32,000 nucleotides of DNA from the NCBI GenBank assembly GCA_045568075.1, contig JBJLBP010000001.1, forward strand, positions 810,001 to 842,000, read 5' to 3'. Numbering within the stretch: the stretch's first letter is position 1; each line of letters opens with the position of its first letter. Shown here one piece after another: positions 9,001 through 16,000 of the stretch. The notes under the pieces were generated by a model that was given only the letters and a program-made list of their open reading frames with translations, had not been told where the DNA came from and did no database searches. The DNA is from Candidatus Thalassarchaeaceae archaeon (lineage in GTDB: Archaea; Thermoplasmatota; Poseidoniia; Poseidoniales; Thalassarchaeaceae). The translations under genes and the position numbers were made by a program.

Positions 9001-11636
9001 GGTTTGACCCGGAGTGGAAGGTCGACTTGATCTTCACTAACGAGAGTGGTGGGCCACTTGTGGACCAGAATGTGAAATTCATCGATACCGGTAATCGAAA
9101 TGACATCATTTCGAGAACAACTGATGCCAATGGAACTATTGTCGATCACCTGCCAGCAAGTACTTGGGTTGTAGTGATTGATTCGGTCAACGCTGGCGAT
9201 GGTGTGGTAGAGGGTGTTAGAACCCTCATCGAGGTCTCGGAGGCTAACGCTAACGATGCACACACGATTTCTACAAGTGAATTGGGAACATTCTCAGTTC
9301 GCGTGCTAGACGAATCCGGTTCCCCATTGCAGGGAATGGATCTAGTAATCACATCCAACGAGGACTTGGGTAGAGTCCATCTCGACTTCACAGACGCTTC
9401 TGGAGATTCGGAAGGTTCTCTCAGCGCCGGCTCATGGAATATCGAGTTGAATCATACTGAGGTCCGCACGCGTTACGTAATTGACAACGTTGAACTCCTA
9501 GATGGCGGACTTGTGTCCGGTGATAACGGTCTGATTCAGATTGTCGCTACAACCTATGTCGAAATGTCTGGAGTCATCTTCTGGGACCACGACGATGATG
9601 ACGATGCTGATGTTGGGGAAGGAGTCCCTGATGTTGAAGTCATGATGACCAGTGAAGGCGAAGATAACATTTCTATCACTACCGATTCTACTGGAGAGTG
9701 GAATGTCTTTGTTCCATTGAATTCATCTTGGCATATCTCAACCCATAGGGATGGATTTGCTCAAGAGAATGAATCCGTGGCGATGAACGCACCGAACTCG
9801 ATTGAGATCGAACTCACAGCTGGATACGTCCCAGTCTGGGGTAACATCACTCACTCAAATCTCGCCACTATCGGCGATGATGTCGAATTGGTATTGATAC
9901 CAACCGAAGACATGGTGAGAGACCGCGTCACACCCGAGAAGATCTACGAAGATGGTGTTTGGACCGGAGAATGGTCGGCATCGGTCGAACCAGGCAATTG
10001 GATCATCAGAGCAACCCTTGAGGAATCAAACCTCGTTGCGATGGCAATGGTGAATGCTGATATCTCGGATGGAGGAAATGCTGAAGCCGCCCTCGTTTAT
10101 GGTGGATGGCTATATCTCTCCACACAGTGGCTTGATTTCGATGGTAATGCACACGATTTGTCTGAGACTGATCTAGAAGGCGCAGATATCGTAGATGAAC
10201 CAAAGTTCACGATTTCTACTGGTGCTGGTGTAGAGTGGGACGCTGTCCTCTCAGATGATGGTGGGATATCGATTCTCTTACCAAGCGGAACCATTTCTGT
10301 AGAGAGTGAGTTCTCAGTGGATCAGATGGACCGAACAATGGATTACACTTCTTCTAAGAACATCAACATTCCATCATCTGGAACGGATTTGATCGCTTCA
10401 GTGACACAGGAATTATCCTTCAATCGTGCCGTTAACCACACAATCGAATCAACAATTACCGCTGTCAGCGGTGGCGAATTGACAGTTGAAGGAGAACTCG
10501 ATGATGTCCTAGCATCAATGGGTGAGGATGATGAATACACTCCAATCGAGTTCACTTTGTCACTAGATTACCTTGGACACGAATCAGTCTCCACCTACAC
10601 CGTCGTCGGTAATGTCGTCGGTGCAGATGGACAATATTGGATGGTTGAGGCTTGGGATTCTTCGATTGAGAACTGGACTACATCGTTTTCCTTTGAGTTC
10701 GGACTAGATAGCAATAACACCACGACTTACGACAATCTCAGGCTACGAGTGTCACCCGCTAACGGCTCGACTGCTCAATCCTTTGAGGACGGTCACACGG
10801 TGGCTTTGATATTCGCAGGAACGGATGGATATCAACACGATGATGAGGTAAAGGTACGAATTCCTCAGATTCACGGCTTTGAGTTGCGTGAGGAAATGCA
10901 AGAAGTCTATGGAATCCGACCTGGAGAAGATCTCTCGATTCCAATTCTCTTCACTAATACTGGAAACGGAGATGAGCGATACACCTTCGAATTCGACGAT
11001 TCTCAGGTCCCAGATAACTGGGAACGAACCGGAGCAACCTCTCACACAATGGGTCCATTCGTCGATACGACTCACACCTTGATGGTGTTCGCACCTGCGA
11101 ACGCCACTGGTGATGAGGAATTCACTGTCACTGTCACTGTTACCGACAAGAATAACGGCAGCTACCAACCGATTGCGGTTAAGGTGAAGACCTCTCTACC
11201 GGTTCTTGAAATCAAAGAGGTATTCTCCTCGTCTGATCCGGTCTCCGACACGATACACACATTCACAGTTGTAGTTGAGAATACAGGATTAGTCGATGCT
11301 CAGCAGGTCACTTTGAATGCAACTCTACGCGGAACAGATATTCATTCTAACGCCACAAATGATGTACCTGCGGGAGAGGAAGTAACCTACATCATCGATG
11401 TAGATCTGAGAGGAATAGCACCGAGTCAACAGTGGTTCGACTTCGTGATTTCTCCAGAAGGTCAGGAGTTCATTGAACAGCCTGAAGAGATGAACAAGCG
11501 ATACACTCTGAAGACACCTCCAGTCGAGGACACTACTCCAACTACAGTCCTTGGTTTGGTGCTCATCGTGTTGCTGGCTTTGGTTATGTGGTACTTCACA
11601 AGATCTGGATCCCGTAGGCCCGGAGCTCCGTTCTGA
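2037..11636 (+). CDS. aglB: Giant (3,199 aa) membrane protein: accessory polytopic module + AglB/STT3-type oligosaccharyltransferase core + ~1,800-aa extracellular beta-sandwich array + C-terminal TM anchor
   Basis: Uninterrupted 9.6-kb ORF with an SD-led ATG. OST hallmarks appear in canonical order: 'SDPWYMKR' (D at 3228), 'ADHDS' (3576-3584), 'TIGE' = TIXE motif (4200-4211) and 'WWDYG' (4890-4904). See the sub-features. Confidence 0.9.
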   Translation: MSYENGNARDVGQTLGLASTPVVLAGLLLLFMTATSLADEAMIDQGKLVILPVAAALAAVLGRIWVSALPDDSFASRTPVVALLFAVVPIIVESLGFIDSIVATTFAFMAIATLFLVKSNRSEEATVLFSMVAGFHMAVAYAAAMPELVIAEGASLQSQLIDVQRAGLAANFFAFWAASMVLGTFLAIAFRGSLMTPGSGALFARLPSKIDVSEHRDLVVTGVVILLVNLIPLLWLAGISDAAIFESHLYLGSVWAMATSVIIMFVAFCRAERWHVLGAIVAVNWIIYSFAHLVEIGNELPEGIDFLSGSDFIGAFSWLFITFWLNVLALMLAARGYFGDIAPRREASNFRLWWQENSYSILVGSAVVFGFMIRTGWNVLPAMNANVTGLWDMTGGSDPWYMKRVVDYIVAERAHFIFDADRAYPAGGINPRPPLFSWCLALGGLALEWLTGIPADEVIWWSVAGFPAIFGALIVLPVAGIAARLHSTQAGVIAAWLMALMPGHISHSTFGLADHDSFALLFLTMAFYFWVRAVHDIGSERMFRNPGPNPLYLIAGMREMWKRSPVVMSYATLAGISFSTVALGWKGFVYGPGILFLAFAAQIIVNMFRRRDSLPLTSATLQMMFTTFLIPLPFYIWPGLNLLWAPSGFQPMFYIVGFTFALGWVASSFRDKPWLLVLGSGGVLFGGILAILWILQSAEIYDGWDILFTGGFYFSKNKIFGTIGEAQAPSRGVLFASYGPIVTLIALGYAFILLWRGARDEKQGQSLAGIWVLIAAYMAWTAGRFIFNATPPMAVVGAIGIAALWKMADFQTFTKEWRRSGIGTPRARFRAIRPASAKRPLIPVLMLVFMLVASQHVTYGVDSGIPRGETAAGDIDQTIYDITPDILRFDVAGLSVLDSSTYTPSTTCSNGCWYMGTFGPGFNGGGWNMAYEWLAEQDADEPFGHRPAFVSWWDYGFQALDSGEHPTVADNFQSGIPNSGAMLLSSGQDDTLAMFIATLAQGDRRYSSDSEFTEEFSNVLNDHFTEDQVSEFYQIMSFGPGDKSFVEDRSLALYASDVQEEYLDSMLFSHTTELLYGSTLGEDGLPLEQMWYVMYDGEQVGNGTNDPSVASTLFDDTRGVLSGQPPTSIEDAIVSHYEIGEYRYTADLIEDFDDVSTNLHRVNAKLGLARAFLTSALSTEQLVDLYHDISTSMEYEVQDYEGSLGQTIMRNNEIRYFAIDDRLYPLGGAYYADQSYHRGQTTGIFYAPTTLSGLDPNHYIESIYETQQKGQTKYMSAEQYELEYMNDVVKQQSGAMDDPADMIQLIDIKYQQTESFFETMVARIYVGYGTTSLGLDVDPAQPGPTWAISGTPNSPLENAFPLPGAMMNHFVVANWYNDGTASPDENNNSVPDIFDGGYAAIGRANTNVKVVKYYSGATIEGTVELDGVGPVPNARILIERDAFSGEEVADENGTIIDRDQRTYWIPIGTVDADENGDYSFIVPAGRIRVSAFFGEPDLDTARQLLLSGSGGMLQDVATESTVGQRNVNPITGILGNVSGSQWLAETIVNVSGEDGHSNGEAHLTADLSVEASFSTGRLIWTGDELFDAEAITDAVVELSPSWDAIQMQPISLETSTGSVSGTDLAFQGIGEVTFTGEGQVTSTGMLTVSDFVGTHTQTILNGHSLAGSGEFTGRGTISGIIDGSDVVDGECNENGTMPENFSVCSLADGDFLLDGAVNATGRFTSNGTASFSQIHNGSSLSGSGIFIIDASNPDLESYGTLNGTGTYTGDGEFSGPMVQAGTFHLTNAIPGDYDVTVVFSDGTRVEIDDGFNVPFKGVASLHPIDVYGGLISGKLLDSNENPLTGEVQLSFLDEENSTSQGECSEVMYAPCHITPDENGSFTFGPVVPGSYLAELDMDGDGFNEAQIIHIFEAESDSVMEFPTPIPTTYDLTFTLSRTVNGTETGVSDLNLTLLSTDTSIAPVDAVYDAEKGEYMVELRQGEWILSHTFSESEQLWEQIEVDADINTSFVFRESMTVYGVVYYDTKSQGSGAIGEPELDEDGNPVLDAEGNITIFTPEAVQFGVVVFHWEGFSTTANTDGDGVFSVVLPIGAEVDATVSAGVMNVVNGTRFVVTEDMEDVTMIARPGSEVSGALNINRLGNYYNSNLGGWEPVTVYATHESIDAVWHLDVTEMGTFATVLPQGNWTFTTDLTWLNANETVLDVDGKNDTVNMYLSPDSSFVEIDFFLDHNNDNDPANGTPVEYRFSIVPVDNFAGMSVDVEADGSEWTSAGHAVVPVEAGSYRIDVEISDARAGDLFGTRIMTGDSYFEVGFGGEVVTRSIGFDPEWKVDLIFTNESGGPLVDQNVKFIDTGNRNDIISRTTDANGTIVDHLPASTWVVVIDSVNAGDGVVEGVRTLIEVSEANANDAHTISTSELGTFSVRVLDESGSPLQGMDLVITSNEDLGRVHLDFTDASGDSEGSLSAGSWNIELNHTEVRTRYVIDNVELLDGGLVSGDNGLIQIVATTYVEMSGVIFWDHDDDDDADVGEGVPDVEVMMTSEGEDNISITTDSTGEWNVFVPLNSSWHISTHRDGFAQENESVAMNAPNSIEIELTAGYVPVWGNITHSNLATIGDDVELVLIPTEDMVRDRVTPEKIYEDGVWTGEWSASVEPGNWIIRATLEESNLVAMAMVNADISDGGNAEAALVYGGWLYLSTQWLDFDGNAHDLSETDLEGADIVDEPKFTISTGAGVEWDAVLSDDGGISILLPSGTISVESEFSVDQMDRTMDYTSSKNINIPSSGTDLIASVTQELSFNRAVNHTIESTITAVSGGELTVEGELDDVLASMGEDDEYTPIEFTLSLDYLGHESVSTYTVVGNVVGADGQYWMVEAWDSSIENWTTSFSFEFGLDSNNTTTYDNLRLRVSPANGSTAQSFEDGHTVALIFAGTDGYQHDDEVKVRIPQIHGFELREEMQEVYGIRPGEDLSIPILFTNTGNGDERYTFEFDDSQVPDNWERTGATSHTMGPFVDTTHTLMVFAPANATGDEEFTVTVTVTDKNNGSYQPIAVKVKTSLPVLEIKEVFSSSDPVSDTIHTFTVVVENTGLVDAQQVTLNATLRGTDIHSNATNDVPAGEEVTYIIDVDLRGIAPSQQWFDFVISPEGQEFIEQPEEMNKRYTLKTPPVEDTTPTTVLGLVLIVLLALVMWYFTRSGSRRPGAPF
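3099..6260 (+). other. AglB/STT3 oligosaccharyltransferase core (polytopic TM domain plus external catalytic domain)
   Basis: TM1 'YSILVGSAVVFGFMIRTGW' is followed by the EL1 acidic motif 'GGSDPWYMKRVVDY' (compare eukaryotic STT3 'DPYFNYR'). The second acidic motif is 'GLADHDSFALLF'. The EL5 motif is 'GTIGEAQ' (TIXE), followed by 'FVSWWDYGFQALDSGEHPTVADNFQ'. The domain ends are approximate. Confidence 0.85.
4890..4904 (+). other. WWDYG catalytic signature of STT3/AglB/PglB
   Basis: Codons tgg tgg gac tac gga are in frame with ATG 2037 (aa 952-956). Confidence 0.95.
6265..10860 (+). other. Array of prealbumin/CarboxypepD_reg-like and other beta-sandwich modules (extracellular)
   Basis: Recurrent pattern [G-x-V/L ... 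P-L/V-x-G/N-A ... T-D-x-N/D-G-x-F/Y ... P-x-G-x-Y/W]. Examples: 'IEGTVELDGVGPVPNARILIERD..DENGDYSFIVPAGRIRV', 'ISGKLLDSNENPLTGEVQLSF..DENGSFTFGPVVPGSYLAEL', 'VRVLDESGSPLQGMDLVITS..DASGDSEGSLSAGSWNIEL' and 'GVIFWDHDDDDDADVGEGVPDVEVMMTS..TDSTGEWNVFVPLNSSWHI'. Fold assignment is by motif resemblance only. Confidence 0.6.
10864..11410 (+). other. Two CARDB/DUF11-like modules typical of archaeal surface proteins
   Basis: 'IRPGEDLSIPILFTNTGNGDERYTFEFDD...EEFTVTVTVTDKN' and 'IHTFTVVVENTGLVDAQQVTLNATL...PAGEEVTYIIDVDL'. Confidence 0.45.
11541..11597 (+). other. C-terminal TM anchor followed by a short basic tail
   Basis: 'PVEDTTPTT' linker, then 'VLGLVLIVLLALVMWYF', then 'TRSGSRRPGAPF' and stop. Confidence 0.8.
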
Positions 11637-11720
11637 TACGTGTATTCGACTCGGTTTTGCCGCGATTGTAAACAGTTCTTCATAGGCTGACCGAGACGAG
11701 GCGACATTGGTGGATGACTC

Positions 11721-12956
11721 ATGGCTCTTGAAAAACTAGAGTTGATGCCCGAGCCAGAGGACTCACGAATACTCACGGCAGTTGACTCGGAAGCACCCGG
11801 TTATTCCGGGGCGGATTACGGCTTGACCGATCAAGAGGCTAGGGAATTACGTTGGCCACTAGGGCCTATGAAGAAGTTCCTTTGGCCCTGGGGCGGGGTG
11901 AGTTTCGCCATCGGTACGGTTCTGTTGCTGATTAGTTGGCATTCCATCCAAGCTTACCTTTGGCCCTTCTTACCCGATTCCGAATGGGCCTTTGAGAGCA
12001 CGGGAATTCGTGAACTCCAAGATGAGGGTTACTTCGGTTCCGGAGTTCACGTCTGTATCGTCGATACCGGAATCGATGGCGATCACCCGGACTTTGAGAA
12101 CCTAAATCTCGTTGGCTTCCGTGATTTCTACGACGGTAACGATGCAGACATACGAGATGTCGGTAATGATTACCATGGAACGCTAATGGCCGGTCTCTTA
12201 GTTGCCAACGGTACCTATACTGGCGCGGCTCCTGAAGTTGATCTCTCAGTGGCTATTGCCCTCGGTCCCGAAGGAAAATCAGGACAGGCCGACCGTGTTG
12301 CACTAGCCATTAGATGGTGTCGAATCACTCAGGAAGCGGACATTATCAGCTTGAGTTTAGGAGGCGATCCTGGGGGCGGAATGAGCAGCCTTCAATCCGA
12401 AACCGTCGAAGCGGTCAATGAGGCGCTTGATGCAGGAATATTTGTCATCGCAGCAGCCGGAAACAACGGAATGAAGGCTGGTGTCAATGATGTATCAATT
12501 CCAGCCAACATCCCTGGAGTAATTGCTGTCGGAGCGTCGACAATTAACGGTGGCGTCTGGTTGAATAGTTCCGTAGGTTCCACAATTGACCCATATTCAG
12601 GAGAGGAACGATCCTTCCCGAATCAGAAGCCAGAGGTTCGAGCTCCAGGAGTGAAAATGTTCTCCACCGCGTCAACTGATATTCAACCACCATACGCCTA
12701 TTCGACGGGCAGCTCCGATTCAACAGTAATCGTAGTCGGTGCCCTTTCTTTAATCCTCGAAATTCATGGCGAGGAAATGAGGGGAGATGACGGAGTTTTC
12801 GATGCCGGAGAAATGGAGCAGGTCAAGCGCGCTTTGGCCACATCGTCTTTGGTTTCACAGGAAGAAGAAGCATCTCATCACAATAAGAGAGGGTATGGTA
12901 ATCTAGATGCTGTCGAATGGTTGAAACAGGTCGAATTCGAATTCAATATAACCTAA
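11721..12956 (+). CDS. Membrane-anchored subtilisin-like serine protease (peptidase S8)
   Basis: Asp 'VCIVDTGIDGDHPDF', His 'DYHGTLMAGLL', oxyanion Asn 'AAAGNNG'. The Ser region 'STGSSDSTVIVVGALSLIL' aligns to GTSMAxPHVAGAAALIL. N-terminal 'MKKFLWPWGGVSFAIGTVLLLISW' is a signal-anchor. 'GGTGGAT' lies 6 nt upstream of the ATG. Confidence 0.85.
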   Translation: MALEKLELMPEPEDSRILTAVDSEAPGYSGADYGLTDQEARELRWPLGPMKKFLWPWGGVSFAIGTVLLLISWHSIQAYLWPFLPDSEWAFESTGIRELQDEGYFGSGVHVCIVDTGIDGDHPDFENLNLVGFRDFYDGNDADIRDVGNDYHGTLMAGLLVANGTYTGAAPEVDLSVAIALGPEGKSGQADRVALAIRWCRITQEADIISLSLGGDPGGGMSSLQSETVEAVNEALDAGIFVIAAAGNNGMKAGVNDVSIPANIPGVIAVGASTINGGVWLNSSVGSTIDPYSGEERSFPNQKPEVRAPGVKMFSTASTDIQPPYAYSTGSSDSTVIVVGALSLILEIHGEEMRGDDGVFDAGEMEQVKRALATSSLVSQEEEASHHNKRGYGNLDAVEWLKQVEFEFNIT

Positions 12957-12971
12957 ATTCGGTCTGATGAC

Positions 12972-12983
12972 GTATCATGATAC
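12972..12983. promoter_or_regulatory. Perfect 12-bp palindrome GTATCATGATAC (candidate operator)
   Basis: Read directly from the sequence. A third half-site GTATCA lies at 12992-12997 and a GATAC at 13053-13057 abuts the start codon. All are in the 101-bp spacer upstream of the 13058 gene. Confidence 0.35.
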
Positions 12984-12999
12984 CCTAATCCGTATCAAC

Positions 13000-13014
13000 C
13001 GAGCCTACGGCTCG
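13000..13014. other. Intergenic mini-hairpin CGAGCC-TAC-GGCTCG (6-bp stem, 3-nt loop)
   Basis: Perfect inverted repeat. It starts 44 nt after the S8 stop and ends 14 nt before the TATA-like box. It has the same stem length and the same TAC loop as the hairpin at 1940-1954. Confidence 0.3.
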
Positions 13015-13027
13015 ATTCAACCCTATG

Positions 13028-13034
13028 ATTAAAT
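13028..13034 (+). promoter_or_regulatory. TATA-like box ATTAAAT, spaced for a leaderless transcript
   Basis: Centred ~27 nt upstream of ATG 13058. No SD-like sequence precedes the ATG ('ccccacgatacATGATG'). Confidence 0.4.
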
Positions 13035-13057
13035 CAGTTTGATGAACCCCACGATAC

Positions 13058-16000
13058 ATGATGAGCGAGCGAGCAAGAAGTCACTTCCTAGTGATGTTGA
13101 TGCTGATGAGCACCACAGTGGCTCTGATTGGGCCAGCAACACCAGTCTCAGCGACCAATGAGACAACCGGTGGGACAATCACTGGAACCGAGACTTGGAG
13201 TGGATCTCACCAGATAACTGACGATGTCTCAGTGGCCGCTGGAGCTAAGCTAATTATCGAACCTGGAACTACAATCACTTTCCCAAATGGGACCATGCTA
13301 GATGTTCGGGGTAATCTTTGTGCAGGTGTCTCGGCTTGTGGAGCCAGCGGCAACGCCGGTGCGAATAATCCAATCACTCTGACATGGACAGAACCTGCGG
13401 TTTCTAACGCAACAGGTGAATGCTACGGACTTGGGTCTGGGAACTCCAAGATTTGGATTCGCGATTCTTCTTGTGGAGAAGGAGTGATTCTGCGAGATTC
13501 GATGGATCTTTCAGAATCCGGAATGAGAAACATGCATTTCAACGGTGCTTGGGGAATTCCCTTCTACGTCCAACTCGAGTACGAATATCGCTATGGAGCG
13601 TTGGTTATAGACGGTGCTAGCCCTACGCTCCGTGGAATGAAATTCAATGATATCAACACGACTAGCGTCCTCGCCACCAATCTTGCTCAACCTACTTTCA
13701 TCGGTGGCGAGTATGTTGCTGGCAACGATGAGCGAAGTGGAGTCACGGGCCAAGCGGTCCAAGTTTATGGTGGAGGAACTCCGATATCGCCGATGATTTT
13801 TGAAGGTGCATCGTTCCAATCAACCAACAAGGGCTGTGGGAATCGCGACGGTGGTCGCTCGGCAATCTGGGCTTCGCAGACTTTCATTCGTATCGACGAT
13901 TCAGAAGTGACCAATGGTGATTTCGGATTCAGTATCCGAAACTCTGCTGGAAAGATTACTAATTCATCCCTCACGGTTGATTGTAATGGAATCGATGTCA
14001 ACAGTCTCAAGGCGGTTGGAGATACAGAATACAACGTCGAAATTGCCTTCAACACGATTTCAACCACTGAAAAGACCCCAATAACAGTCTACGCTGGAGC
14101 GGATGTCGATATTCACGACAATGTTTTGGAAGGAGCTGGTGATGGCTCGGGAATTGCAGTCTATTCCGCAAAGGCAGCGATTCACAACAACGTAATTGGC
14201 CCCATCGGCGGTTGGAACGGTCTCTGGCTTCTAGGATCCTACGATGTGATTGCTGAGAATAATACCATCTTCGACACCGCCAAGGAACCTGTGCTGGCTG
14301 GTGAGTATGGTTCTCAAGCCCCTAATCCTACTACAGCACGCCTCTACCTCGCCAACAATTCGATTTCCACGGCTGGGGCTGGAGCATGCTCTTCCAACAC
14401 CTGGTGGGATGGTCCATTCACTTGTCCGGCTATTATGGCTCACAGGGCTGGCGTCACCATCGTCGACAACATCATCGACGCCGGAGGGAATGCTGACGGC
14501 ATCCGTTCAACAGGAAGTCTCCTCGATGTCCGTCGAAATACCTTCAATGTGCAAGCAACTGGTGCGGTTATCCAACATTATGAACGAGGAGACACTTCAC
14601 AGCAATATGGAAGCCTCGCTTTCTTCAGCAACAATGTCTGGAACGGAGTCGAAGTCACGTACAATATCTCAAAGTCCTCGGTTACAGTTCAATCCGAGTA
14701 CATCCCGAGCCCTCCTCCTGGCCAATTCCCTGTGATTCTCAGTTGGGATGACCAGGAGGCATGGTATCAGAATGAGTGGCAGAATGGGGTCATTGCTCAC
14801 GAAGTCAGGGCTTGCCCTTCCTGTGATGACTACACTCCCCGCAACTTCCCTCTAGCGTTGAATATGGACAATAATTCGACAATATTCACCTTCTCTAACT
14901 TGTCGAATCTCGATCTATCTAAGGTGAAGATCAACACACAACCTACTCATTATGCGGTTCAGGTTCAGCGTGCTGAGTTGGTGCGCTTCCAGACTCTCGT
15001 CAATGGTCAGCGAGTGGAAAATGTGAATGTGTTGATTGAAGACGCGCACGGAAATGATTTGTACAGTCTTGAGACTGATGCTGATGGTTACACTCCGTGG
15101 TTCTCTTTGGCTTCGAATTTCCATCTCGATTTCAGAGGCTTAGCTGGTGGAGACAATCCAGACGGCTTTGCAGATGATGAATACGAAGATTCGTGTTCCG
15201 ACGGAGAGGACAATGACGGTGACCTTCTTTTCGATACTGAAGATCCAGATTGCGATTACTCCACCGGAACTCGCGAACTTTCCCTCTACCGATATACAGC
15301 GTATCGTTTCGGGTATGGAATTGACTCTGGAGAATTTACTCTAACCGATACGACTTACCAAGACACACTTTTCCTCGAAAACGCGGCTCCTTCAGTCTCT
15401 GTTATCCAAGAGGATGGGCACTCTTTCCGACGCGTGTTGAACCTCACTGGTTCAGCCTTTGACGGAACTTGGGCTGGAATTTATGAGAGTGATGAATTGG
15501 CTCAATGGGACCAGAAGGGCTACGTTCACGCTGTCGAGATTAAGGATCCATTCACCAGCGATTGGAGCGGTGCTGGTCACGCGACAGATGCAAGTGGAGC
15601 TGCACCTGAATATGTCTCTCGCAATAATCATCCATTCAGCAACTGGTACTACAATTTCGACATGTCCGGTCGTCAAGAGGGTGACTACACATTCGAGTTC
15701 CGCTCATTCGACGGCCTCGAGTATTCACCAATCATCACTCGTACAATCAAGGTCAATACCGAGGCTCCTTCAGTGAGTGTGACCTCACCGAGCTCATATT
15801 CGACCCATTCTGATGGGACGGTGACCTTCGAAGGGAGTGCCCATGACCCGTATGGCTGCCCCTTCGATTGCGGTTCTGACATAGATCAAATATACATCCA
15901 GATAGATGGACCAAATTACAACGTTGTCACCTCTACTGAAGGCTCTAACGAGTGGTCATGGACGTGGGATTTCAGTGGGTTACCCCGCGAACTCGCGACT

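Noticed and set aside
11541-11636. PGF-CTERM/archaeosortase sorting signal at the C-terminus of the giant AglB fusion
   Set aside because: The tripartite layout (Thr/Pro linker, TM helix, basic tail) is similar, but no PGF or related motif precedes the helix. I therefore call it a plain TM anchor, though an unknown sorting signal cannot be excluded.
11655-11658. TTTT tract after the giant gene as an archaeal oligo-T terminator
   Set aside because: It has only four Ts in 'cggTTTTgcc', which is too short to call without 3'-end data.
14250-14735. 161-aa plus-strand ORF in an alternative frame within the beta-helix gene
   Set aside because: It is out of frame with a 1,412-aa ORF that shows periodic PbH1 rungs. 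Its translation is S/T/L-rich and featureless.
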